A DNA stretch of 35,379 bases, taken from the NCBI GenBank assembly GCA_049510745.1, contig JBEKYR010000049.1, positions 1 to 35,379 of the forward strand. Reading direction: 5' to 3'. Origin of the DNA: Verrucomicrobiota bacterium (GTDB lineage: Bacteria; Verrucomicrobiota; Verrucomicrobiia; Limisphaerales; Palsa-1400). The position numbers and the translations under genes are program-made. The notes under the pieces were generated by a model that worked only from the letters and a program-made list of their open reading frames with translations, had not been told where the DNA came from and made no database searches. Below, piece after piece: positions 9,733 to 18,190 of the stretch. The stretch's first letter is position 1. Every line of letters begins with the position of its first letter.

Positions 9733-9764
9733 ACCGATAGCCCTTATCGGCGCAAGCAGACACG

Positions 9765-12353
9765 TCACTGACGTGGCAACAGCGCTATGAACGAACACGG
9801 TTCACCAACAACGACGCTCCCATCCGCCCTTAGGGTGTCCACACGCCACCAATACCTCTGGTTTGGATTCAGGCCGGCGATTCTGTAAATGTTGTTACTC
9901 TGATTCCGTTTGAATTCGAGAGATTCGTGCTTGGCTTTAGCCACAGTTCCTTGATCGGCTCCGAAGTACACATCAAATGAAACTCCCTGGTAGCCCCCCG
10001 ACCATATTAAGTCAATGATTGTGTTAGTTACCACGGCACCATTAGCGGGGACGCACAGGCGGGCCTCGGGAAATTGGTAGCCGGGGATCCAATAGTTCGG
10101 GTCGCCATATTCATAAGGACCAATGTCAGGAGCCTTTCCAATAAAGCCGTCCGTGATGCCTGGGATAACAGCCCCAGCATCTATGAGCGGTGAGCCGGGT
10201 TTAGGTCGGAAATCCCGGCTGTCGAAGTCCACAACCACACTTCGAACATCGCCAAGATAATTATGGTCTGCGACACCCGGAGGTTGGTCCGATCTGTCGA
10301 GAACTCGTGCGATTCCAATCCCAAATGGGCCGGTCAAATTGTTTCTAGTTGTGGTGTGCAGGTTGCCTAGGCCCTGTGGTGAGGGTAGGCAGATGTCGCG
10401 GGTGGCATTGCCAAACGAGAGGTTGTTGTAAACCTTGTGAAAATCGCCCTCCATGTGGATTCCCGGACTTTCGCCGTCGCTCGTCATACCCCAAACCACA
10501 TTGTGGTGGACCAGCATGTTCGTGCCGTAGCCTTGCGGATAGACGACGTTTCCGCCATCGTAGTCGGCGCGAATCCCAAACTTGTTGTTGTTGTGAACCC
10601 AACAATTTCGGACTTCGACCCCATTCTGCACACCGGACCAGACCTGGATGTCTGCTCCGTCGTGTTGCATAAGCCCAAGCTGCTTCCCGAAGTCACAAAG
10701 TTCGATCAAGTTCGACCGACCAGCTTGGAGGCACTCGGAGCCTCCGGTGATGTAAACGCCGATCCTCCGGGCCGTCGTCTCGCTCGATCCCCCCAGATCA
10801 ACGGTGCATTTGCCAACACCAGACCAATCAATGTCGTGCAGCAGAATGTTCTCAACCAGATCGTGCGCGCCTGCGACTGCGAAAGCACCGCCATCGCAGT
10901 AGGCAAAGGTACTATTCCGGATCGTGTTAAACGAGCCCTCGTGGGGTCCTTGCATTCGGGTGTCCATCGTCCACTGTGCCCACGTATAGCCGGGCTTCAC
11001 CCTCCCATCCTCCACGCCCAGCATCCGCCGGTTGAATGCAAAATGGTCAAACTCACAGCCTTTGACTTCGCAGAATCTAGCGTTCAGGAGTCGAAGGGTC
11101 GAGGCAAAAAACCTGAAGTCGGCGAGTGTGAGCCCCTCAACTCCATCAAGATCGAAGGCGTAAGTCGTCGTTTTGCCGCAGATGTCGCCAGCCGGAATCT
11201 GACCGTCGGGAGCCCAGAAGAAAAGCTCCTTGCTTCGTGAGTTGTAATACCATTCCTTGGCCGTATCCAAACAGTTCAGGTGACACTCAAGATAAAACCG
11301 TTGTTGTTCCTTAAACCACTGGCCCCACATGTGGGGTTGGTTCATTTCGGGGGGGCCGTTCGTGGGGTAATTGAACCGGTTGGATCCGGCGACGTGGTTG
11401 GTGATGATGCGCGAAAATGTGAGATACCGTCCAATATTCAGCACAGCCACCGCGCCATTAAAGTCTCTGCCTGTCGCTGCCAAGTCCGGCAGACCACCCC
11501 CGGTCCGCGTCACCATGGTGCCGTATGAACTGGCCATATCTCCGTGAGCCCAGGTTGCCTCCTGGTTCCACACGCTCCCGTCGTCGACACTGGCCTTGGG
11601 CCACCGCGCAGGAATCATCATCTCGCCTGCATAAAAAAGCTGCCAAATGTCCTTGGTCAACGTCGTTTTGTAGATCGAGCCGTTGTGCCGCGTCCAAGCA
11701 TTCGTAATGGACTCTGACCCGTCAAGCAAGACCGTTTCACCTGGATAGGCTGCGATCTTGACACCCGCTGCTACCGGACCGGTCACTGTCTCATGGTAGC
11801 GTCCAGCGCGGACGTAGCAAATTGAACAGGGCGGCATCAGGTTCACAGCCCTCTGGATGGTGCGGAACGGCGCCATTTGCGTCCCAGGATTTGAATCGGA
11901 ACCATTGGTGCTGACATAGAAGAAAATCGGATCCACATATTCCAGCCCCGACGGAATTAACGCACTGCCCGATGGGGAAATGACTGTGACATTGACTACG
12001 CCGGCCGAGTGCGGCGGTGCTTGGACAATAATTTTGTCCGGCCCACTCCATCGGAACGGGGCGGCTACCACCGCGTCGCCGAACACGACCCGAATGGCGT
12101 CTTGAAGACCGAATCCATAGATCGTGACACAGCCACCGTCCAATGTACGAAGTTTGCCAGGAGTAACACCGGAGATCCCTGCTGAACTATCGGAAGCGAC
12201 CACGCCATTTTGAACGGCGTTGACCTTGGCCTTCGACAATGCGGGCAGCGGCATGGCAGCCAGGATCGCAATGATGGCGATGACCACCAGCAGTTCGATC
12301 AGAGTGAACGCACGGCCGCCGCAGCGACCGGGAATTCGCATTCCCATATTCAT
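9765..12353 (-). CDS. Prepilin-type N-terminal cleavage/methylation leader fused to an IPT/TIG plus beta-helix enzyme (paralog of 1344-5063)
   Basis: N-terminus [31 protein letters not shown]; the remainder is colinear with the core of 1344-5063 ([32 protein letters not shown]). Confidence 0.85.
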   Translation of the reverse strand: MNMGMRIPGRCGGRAFTLIELLVVIAIIAILAAMPLPALSKAKVNAVQNGVVASDSSAGISGVTPGKLRTLDGGCVTIYGFGLQDAIRVVFGDAVVAAPFRWSGPDKIIVQAPPHSAGVVNVTVISPSGSALIPSGLEYVDPIFFYVSTNGSDSNPGTQMAPFRTIQRAVNLMPPCSICYVRAGRYHETVTGPVAAGVKIAAYPGETVLLDGSESITNAWTRHNGSIYKTTLTKDIWQLFYAGEMMIPARWPKASVDDGSVWNQEATWAHGDMASSYGTMVTRTGGGLPDLAATGRDFNGAVAVLNIGRYLTFSRIITNHVAGSNRFNYPTNGPPEMNQPHMWGQWFKEQQRFYLECHLNCLDTAKEWYYNSRSKELFFWAPDGQIPAGDICGKTTTYAFDLDGVEGLTLADFRFFASTLRLLNARFCEVKGCEFDHFAFNRRMLGVEDGRVKPGYTWAQWTMDTRMQGPHEGSFNTIRNSTFAYCDGGAFAVAGAHDLVENILLHDIDWSGVGKCTVDLGGSSETTARRIGVYITGGSECLQAGRSNLIELCDFGKQLGLMQHDGADIQVWSGVQNGVEVRNCWVHNNNKFGIRADYDGGNVVYPQGYGTNMLVHHNVVWGMTSDGESPGIHMEGDFHKVYNNLSFGNATRDICLPSPQGLGNLHTTTRNNLTGPFGIGIARVLDRSDQPPGVADHNYLGDVRSVVVDFDSRDFRPKPGSPLIDAGAVIPGITDGFIGKAPDIGPYEYGDPNYWIPGYQFPEARLCVPANGAVVTNTIIDLIWSGGYQGVSFDVYFGADQGTVAKAKHESLEFKRNQSNNIYRIAGLNPNQRYWWRVDTLRADGSVVVGEPCSFIALLPRQ

Positions 12354-12450
12354 GTTGATGTCTTGCTTTATTCATTGGTTATACATATATAACAATTATC
12401 CATTCAGATCTTCAAGAACCGGAGATCGGATTGAGCCCGGTCAAAACACT

Positions 12451-14691
12451 TCATGGTTTTCGTTGTGGTTCAATACGGAAGTTAAGCGGAGCTTGGGCTT
12501 CCGCCTTAATCCAGATGATGAGATCTGTTGATTCTAGCGTCTGCCGATGACCGAAACGAAAATCCTTTCCGCGCGGAACCTCCTTGCCGTCCAATGTCAA
12601 CACCGCAGCGGCCTCGCCCCAGTTCTTGATCACAAATGCCGGGTTGACGACTGGCGAAGCCTCGGAAGCCCTGAGCGAAAAGGCTATGCCATCGAGCCGA
12701 TTGGACGTATTGCCGTGCAGCACATACGCCCGCTCAGGCACGCTATAGCCTTCACTGGAAAACCCCGGGCCGGACAGTTCCAGTGCCGGTGGCTGGTTCC
12801 AAGAGCGCGCCAGCGGGGCCAACTGCCCAGCGGTCTTGTCCAACGTCATCCCGAACAGGAAGAACATGGTCAGTGACCGATCCGTTAATATGTTGTGAGG
12901 ATCCTTTTTCTCGTATGCCGTCTGCGTGACGCAGGAACTGCTCGGACGCCCAGAAATCATCATTTGCTGTAGCCCGTCACTTGGCACATCAGCAATAGGC
13001 CAATGGTCCCACCAGTAAAGACTCCAAGGCCATTGGTTGTCCGGACACAAGAGCCCGAAACGACAGGCAACCGGCTGCACGATCATGAATGGCTTGCTTT
13101 GCGCCTTGAGATTATACCATTGGATTACGGGGTCGCGCAGACCTGGAACGGAACCAAAATAGACCCGCGTGTCGTTGACCGTGCTGCGGCCGGGTTTCTC
13201 GGGAAGGATTTTCGGGCCAGCCGCCGTTGGCACGCTGTTTTGCCAGGTGAACGGGAACTCGCGTCCGTCCATGTTGGCGAGCGTAATGGCCTCTTTCTCG
13301 ATAATGTCATCAGGGAACAAACCCGGTTGGATAATGTAGTCTTCCTGTTCAAAACTATGATTGCCGGGCAAATAGCTGGTCCACAGCGTTACCTGACGCG
13401 CCGCCACCCCGTCGGGATAAATCGTATAGACGTCCTCCGCCCAGTCAGGCCAATGGCTTTGGGGGTCAATATTGACGAGTTGATACATCATGTCGGCGGG
13501 AGCAAAACGCCACAGAATTTTCACGCGGGCATCTGTGTTCTCGATGATTTTGACCTGGGAGTAGCGGCACTGCCGATCCATCATCGCCTCATAGCAGTAT
13601 CCGGTGCTGTCCTTCCACGTCTCCGGCCCCTCATGGGCGATGCCGATGTCGTTCTCCGTCCACCAGGTCGGGTAGTAGTTCAGACCATTCCAGTAAATTA
13701 ACTTGAAAGGAAACTCGTCGAACATGACGACTATATCCGCATAGTCGCCCATCCGGCGGCGAATATCCCAATCTTCGTCGTAACTTAAACGGGTGGTGTA
13801 GGCTCCGAAACGGGCCGGCCCCTTGGGACCCGTGGGAATCCGCCGAAACGTCAAGGGTTGTTCGACCTGCGGACGGACGGCTGCAAACGCCGTTTGGGCT
13901 TCCTCAGCGCTCAAGGCATGGTTGTAGATCTTGACCTCATCGATCAATCCATCGAATGAAAAGTTAAAAGGCGTGTTGGCAGTGGGCCGCTCCATGTGGG
14001 CGGGAAGGGTCTTGATGGGATTGCGACCGACGTGTAAATCCAGGTCGGGAGCTGCCGTGAAGCGCCCCGACGTGGCCAGATGGCCGGCAGGCCGGCCATC
14101 CAGATAGAGAGTAATCCCGTCCCGTTCACTGAAGGTTCCCAGCAAGTGTGACCATTTCAACAACGGCAGGATCGGCTTGGCGCGATCCACAGGTTTGGGT
14201 TGTATGAACTGGACCAGTGATTGCTCTCCCAAGCCGGGGAGTGCCGCCTTCGTGTTGCAGCGCTGCCATTGGCCATCCACGCACACATGCAAGCCGAAAC
14301 GGCTGTCGGCATCCACCCCAAAAAAAAATCCCTTCTGTTCGTTGGCCTGCATGACGATCGGGCACCAGTTCCACGGATATGTGCGGGGTGCAATCCAAGC
14401 CTCAACTGAAAAGTCACCGGCCAATTTGGGGGCCTGCCCAGCGGGACAAACCATGTCGGTGTCGAACTCGTCAAACTGCACGGCCTTGCCGGCGACGCCG
14501 GGAACACGTTTGCAGTGGCCTGAGATCGGAGATATTCCTCCACTGATATTATCAACCGCCCCGCTCCCTTCATGTTCATCAAAGTGCCACTCAGCAACAA
14601 TGCCAGCCTTCGACTCCATGGTAATTCCTGCCATCAGTGCAATTAGCACTCTGGGGAAAACCATTTTCCAAGTGCGGGTGTTCATGTTCAT
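12451..14691 (-). CDS. Secreted LamG/concanavalin A-like domain protein with a large uncharacterised C-terminal domain
   Basis: Signal peptide; LamG motifs VAEWHFDE.EG, FSVEAWI, WSHLLGTF, LYLDG and FDGLIDEVKIYNHALS. Confidence 0.8.
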   Translation of the reverse strand: MNMNTRTWKMVFPRVLIALMAGITMESKAGIVAEWHFDEHEGSGAVDNISGGISPISGHCKRVPGVAGKAVQFDEFDTDMVCPAGQAPKLAGDFSVEAWIAPRTYPWNWCPIVMQANEQKGFFFGVDADSRFGLHVCVDGQWQRCNTKAALPGLGEQSLVQFIQPKPVDRAKPILPLLKWSHLLGTFSERDGITLYLDGRPAGHLATSGRFTAAPDLDLHVGRNPIKTLPAHMERPTANTPFNFSFDGLIDEVKIYNHALSAEEAQTAFAAVRPQVEQPLTFRRIPTGPKGPARFGAYTTRLSYDEDWDIRRRMGDYADIVVMFDEFPFKLIYWNGLNYYPTWWTENDIGIAHEGPETWKDSTGYCYEAMMDRQCRYSQVKIIENTDARVKILWRFAPADMMYQLVNIDPQSHWPDWAEDVYTIYPDGVAARQVTLWTSYLPGNHSFEQEDYIIQPGLFPDDIIEKEAITLANMDGREFPFTWQNSVPTAAGPKILPEKPGRSTVNDTRVYFGSVPGLRDPVIQWYNLKAQSKPFMIVQPVACRFGLLCPDNQWPWSLYWWDHWPIADVPSDGLQQMMISGRPSSSCVTQTAYEKKDPHNILTDRSLTMFFLFGMTLDKTAGQLAPLARSWNQPPALELSGPGFSSEGYSVPERAYVLHGNTSNRLDGIAFSLRASEASPVVNPAFVIKNWGEAAAVLTLDGKEVPRGKDFRFGHRQTLESTDLIIWIKAEAQAPLNFRIEPQRKP

Positions 14692-15260
14692 TATCGATGT
14701 TGTTGTCAGGTTACTCTATCTGTCGGAATATGCCCGCTCCATCTGGGTCGCTCCTTGTGCTCCCTTCAGTGGAATTTGCATGAGATCGCTCACTTTGAGT
14801 CACACGATGTTGCGAGGTTCCCTACCCAGGCGGGCCTGCCGCCCTCGAAATATTGAGTTCTCCTGGTGGTGGACGCGCTGTGCAATGTCCAGCAATCGCA
14901 AACTCTGCTGCGCGCCTGCCTGGCGCAAGCCGCTAAACACGGACTGGTTTGGAATGATTGAATCCATATCCATTATTTATGCGGAACGCAACAATTACCA
15001 ATCTGCCAATCTCGTCCAAGCTCTTACGACGCGCCGTCGATTTGCTGAACGGTCGAGTCAAAGATGCAAGCCGACATTAAGGCAGGTCCCCGCCTGCCGT
15101 AAACAACCCATTTGCGCCCAAGAAAGTCCCTTTTTGCGACCACACCTGTCGACTCGGCTGAGCCGCCGCGCCGAGCGGCGGTTGCGTCGCCGAAGCTGGG
15201 ATTTCTTTTAGCGAGCGCATCAGATGATTTTCACATTGCCTTCCGTTCGTCGCCCGTCGT

Positions 15261-15374
15261 TCAAATCATCTGGCTCAGGAAACCACCGTCCACACGGATG
15301 TCCGTGCCGGTGACAAAACTGCTGCCTCTTTGGCTGGCGAGAAAAATGCAGGCGCGGGTCAGTTCGTTCGCGTC
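15261..15374 (-). pseudogene. Short-chain dehydrogenase/reductase C-terminal remnant
   Basis: Reads DANELTRACIFLASQRGSSFVTGTDIRVDGGFLSQMI*, the classical SDR C-terminal FLAS...SFVTG.DI.VDGG motif; no N-terminal part present. Confidence 0.8.
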
Positions 15375-15409
15375 GTGTAAGAGGAAAAACACTCCACCTC
15401 CTGTGTGTT

Positions 15410-15427
15410 AGGGACAATTAGGGACAA
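15410..15427. repeat. Tandem direct repeat AGGGACAA x2 (possible integrase arm-type sites)
   Basis: Sequence ttagggacaattagggacaaaa, about 120 nt from a tRNA-like 3' remnant. Confidence 0.45.
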
Positions 15428-15646
15428 AAAACCTTCGGTTTACTTCGCAAATACGGATCGCTCGGAAAATCTCACACCTGAATTATCCAGCGTATTTGCA
15501 ACGGTTTAGCATGTTTTTGCGAAGACTTGCGAAGCCCCATTTTCGGGTTCGAGCCCCGCCACTCAGCCCTCGCTCCCATTGGGCTGTCGCGGGCAGAGGG
15601 TTCCCCAAGGCTATGAGACAATTAGAAGATTCCAATGTCCGGGCCG

Positions 15647-15672
15647 TGGAGCGGGTGAAGGGAATCGAACCC
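15647..15672 (-). mobile_element. 3' fragment of tRNA-Gly (att-site duplication)
   Basis: Minus strand GGGTTCGATTCCCTTCACCCGCTCCA = T-arm, acceptor strand and CCA typical of tRNA-Gly(CCC); no D-arm or anticodon arm upstream. Confidence 0.8.
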
Positions 15673-15894
15673 ACCACTTTTCTTCCGCGCCTTGCATAAC
15701 CTTGCCACGCTGTGCCACTTACGATTCTAAGTCGGGGTTATCGCTGTGGCCCTCGGTATGGTTAACTAGTGGCTGTCGCAGCCATTTTATTCTTCGACAC
15801 AATAAGGCGCGCCTTCTCACTGGTAAAATGCCAAAAATATCACTGACTGAACTGGACAACTGTGGCGTGACACAGATTAAAACGACTGATGCTA

Positions 15895-16190
15895 TTGCCT
15901 TCGACTCCGAACAACACCCGCTTCCCCACCAGGTCCGCAAACACGGTCACATAATTGTGCCCCTTGCGGCGGTTCATTGCATCGGCCCCAACCCAAACCA
16001 CTTCCGACCAGTCGGCCCGCTCGCGCGCCGCCGCCACATGCGCGTGCAGCGTCCGCCACATCCGCTGGTCGGTCTCCCCCAAAATCTCGCCGGCTTTCTT
16101 GACCGGCATCTCCCGGGTCAGAGTGAGCGCAAAGGCCTCAAACTCCTTGGTGAAATGTTTGCTCCGTCCCTCCCACGGCGATGTGACCCG
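15895..16190 (-). pseudogene. ISL3-family transposase internal fragment
   Basis: RVTSPWEGRSKHFTKEFEAFALTLTREMPVKKAGEILGETDQRMWR...VGADAMNRRKGHNYVTVFADL..KRVLFGVEG, a degenerate form of the ISL3 G.DE...RKGH.YVTVF.D motif; truncated at both ends. Confidence 0.85.
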
Positions 16191-16344
16191 ATAAGCAACA
16201 GCGTGACTGTCCGTGACTCTGCTGTGTGGCTACCGCTTTTTTCTCCGTTCACAGCTTGGGCAACGAAACATCGCTGAAATGGCGGTCGAGTTCCGACCAG
16301 GCAGGGTTGTGATCGGGCCAACACGACGCTGGTCGGCATGGTCG

Positions 16345-16842
16345 CTAAAAAAGGTGCGAATCGAATCGGAGCAGGCGATTCATCTGGTGCATTGCCAGTC
16401 CGTCCAAATTCAACTCTTCTTCGATCTCGGTTCCGGTCTTGGACACCAGCCCGCTGGAATTGATCTTCGTCCGGAAGGCGACGTGATTCATCAAGTTGAT
16501 GACGGCAGCCTGCCAGTCCAACTGCTGGTGGTAGTAAGACCGCATGATTTGGGGCCCCAATTCTCTCTCCGACTGGCTCATTTGGTTGGCCCGGCACACG
16601 TTGCCGCCCAGCCAGGATTGAGTCAGATGGTTGGCGAGCGGATAGGTGCGAAAATCCGGGTCCTGGGACAACTTCTGGATCAAGCGCATGAAGTTGGTGT
16701 AAAAAGGCTCGCCCCGTTGGAAATAATTGAAGCCTCGAATGGCCGAGTGCTCCGTAAATACGACGTATGAAGTCAGGTCGCCCGGCTTGTCCAGTTCCAT
16801 TCGCCAGTGGGTGAGCACGATGGCGAACACCATGGGCTGCAT
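16345..16842 (-). CDS. Hypothetical protein, probably the C-terminal fragment of a larger gene
   Basis: The 3' part of ORF 16345-17115 has protein-like composition; the 5' part overlaps an integrase remnant on the opposite strand and is probably spurious. Confidence 0.4.
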   Translation of the reverse strand: MQPMVFAIVLTHWRMELDKPGDLTSYVVFTEHSAIRGFNYFQRGEPFYTNFMRLIQKLSQDPDFRTYPLANHLTQSWLGGNVCRANQMSQSERELGPQIMRSYYHQQLDWQAAVINLMNHVAFRTKINSSGLVSKTGTEIEEELNLDGLAMHQMNRLLRFDSHLF

Positions 16843-16995
16843 TTCGACCGGGAGTTGGAACGGCAGACCATCATGCGTGCAGGCTCCCCGCACAAGACAA
16901 GTTGCATCCTCGAATCCTTCACGATCTAATTCAAGAACCGTTTTGAGATCGGGATCCAGTGTCGCATAAACATGGCTTTCGCTGTGCCGTTCGGT

Positions 16996-17097
16996 TATGC
17001 CCGCAAAGCCCAGGTCGTGATCCCGACCCTTGAGGATTACGAGCGGAAGCTGGCCGCCGCCGAAAACGTCATCGTGCCGATGACGGCGGTTGCCTGA
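16996..17097 (+). pseudogene. Tyrosine integrase extreme C-terminal remnant
   Basis: YARKAQVVIPTLEDYERKLAAAENVIVPMTAVA* resembles the tail after the catalytic Tyr of integrases I recall from verrucomicrobial elements; a terminator follows immediately. Recognition from memory only. Confidence 0.45.
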
Positions 17098-17115
17098 TTG
17101 CGGGACGAACGACAA

Positions 17116-17146
17116 AAGCCGCGTTCAAGAGAACGCGGCTTATTTT
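17116..17146. terminator. Bidirectional intrinsic terminator
   Basis: aagccgcgttc-aaga-gaacgcggctt (perfect 11-bp stem) with an A run before and a T run after; lies between convergent frames. Confidence 0.8.
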
Positions 17147-17195
17147 AGATTTTGGCCGATTTTTAAAATTAGAGACGCAAAAGGGAAGCGTTATT

Positions 17196-17546
17196 TTAAC
17201 GCCCGCCATCCAATTCCGCCAAATCGGGCGGGCGGGAATGCCCATTTTGCGCCCCGTTTAATGAGGGACTTTTCTTCCGTGAATTCTGCCGTTGCCAGTG
17301 CTGATTGATGGTGTTCGTCACCTTAACCAGCCAGGAGCGGTCTTTGAGCAGTTCCAAAACATCCGCCATGCAGAAAAACTTGCTGCCGTTCTGCGCCGGG
17401 TTGCCCAACGGCTTGAGCAGGCGGGACGTAATGAGCGCCGGAATGTCGTGCGGCTGGCAGTTGAGCACCCACCCGGCTTGCTCCGACGTGAGCCGGGCGG
17501 GCAGTTGCCCCAAAAGCGACAGGAACCGATGCTGATCGTCTTTCAT
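17196..17546 (-). CDS. Small mobile-element protein, putative excisionase-like HTH DNA-binding protein
   Basis: MKDDQHRFLSLLGQLPARLTSEQAGWVLNCQPHDIPALITSRLLKPLG..KFF shows the LT.E+A...L HTH pattern; convergent with the integrase remnant. Confidence 0.65.
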   Translation of the reverse strand: MKDDQHRFLSLLGQLPARLTSEQAGWVLNCQPHDIPALITSRLLKPLGNPAQNGSKFFCMADVLELLKDRSWLVKVTNTINQHWQRQNSRKKSPSLNGAQNGHSRPPDLAELDGGR

Positions 17547-17631
17547 GCACCACCAGTCGCGCCCCAGGCCCAAAAGCGAACAAAATGATTTGTATCGCCG
17601 GGAAAGCGGTTTTTGGCTTTCATGTCCGGCG

Positions 17632-17709
17632 GTGAATGAACTCATCAAACTGGTGAAGACCTACCGCCTCACGGCGGGCGTCGGCGAACGGCTTGCGCTG
17701 GCAGAGTGA
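17632..17709 (+). pseudogene. Truncated N-terminus of a gene, possibly an ECF-type sigma factor
   Basis: GTG start, VNELIKLVKTYRLTAGVGERLALAE*, divergent from 17546 and cut off next to the IS91 fragment. Family guess from memory. Confidence 0.3.
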
Positions 17710-17739
17710 GTTTCGGTCATTCTGCGCCGACGTGCTGGG

Positions 17740-18141
17740 CTACACACCCAAAACCAAGAGCCAGAAGTCCTCGGCGCTGAGAGTCACGCGCTGTAGTTGT
17801 TGCGTCCGGTTATCGCGATAACGGAAGGTAACGTGGCCGTCGGCAAAAGATTCCAACCGGCTGTTGGCGATCGCGACCCGAAACACATAACGAGCTAAAT
17901 ATCCGAGGACCTTTTCGCCCGCTCCGGCGTGTTGGCAGTGGACGACCCAGGGTTGCGTCCAAGTTTTTTCCGGCGTTGGTTCCAGCAAATGGGCCTGTGC
18001 CAAAGCCTGCCGCATCTTGGCGCGAAAGATGACCGACAGGGCGCGAACGGGAACAAAGAAGTTTGGATGTTTGGGAGGCACCCAGCGATGATCTTCGGAC
18101 CATCCGCCGGCACTGACCAGCAGATGGACATGCGGATGATA
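17740..18141 (-). pseudogene. IS91-family (Y2/HUH) transposase internal fragment
   Basis: YHPHVHLLVSAGG (HUH motif), VPVRALSVIFRAK, WVVH, YLARY (Y2 motif), VTFRYRD, LSAEDF; both termini missing. Confidence 0.88.
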
Positions 18142-18190
18142 TCTCCCGCACGGCAGTAGGCCTCAGCCTTCCATGGTCGCGGAGCGTGCT

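Noticed and set aside
14177..15211. 344-aa plus-strand ORF
   Set aside because: Half is antisense to the LamG gene and the rest has non-protein-like composition.
15214..15222. AGCGCATCA also present at 26261, just upstream of tRNA-Phe, as a possible att core
   Set aside because: A 9-bp match is expected by chance in 35 kb and the flanks do not extend it.
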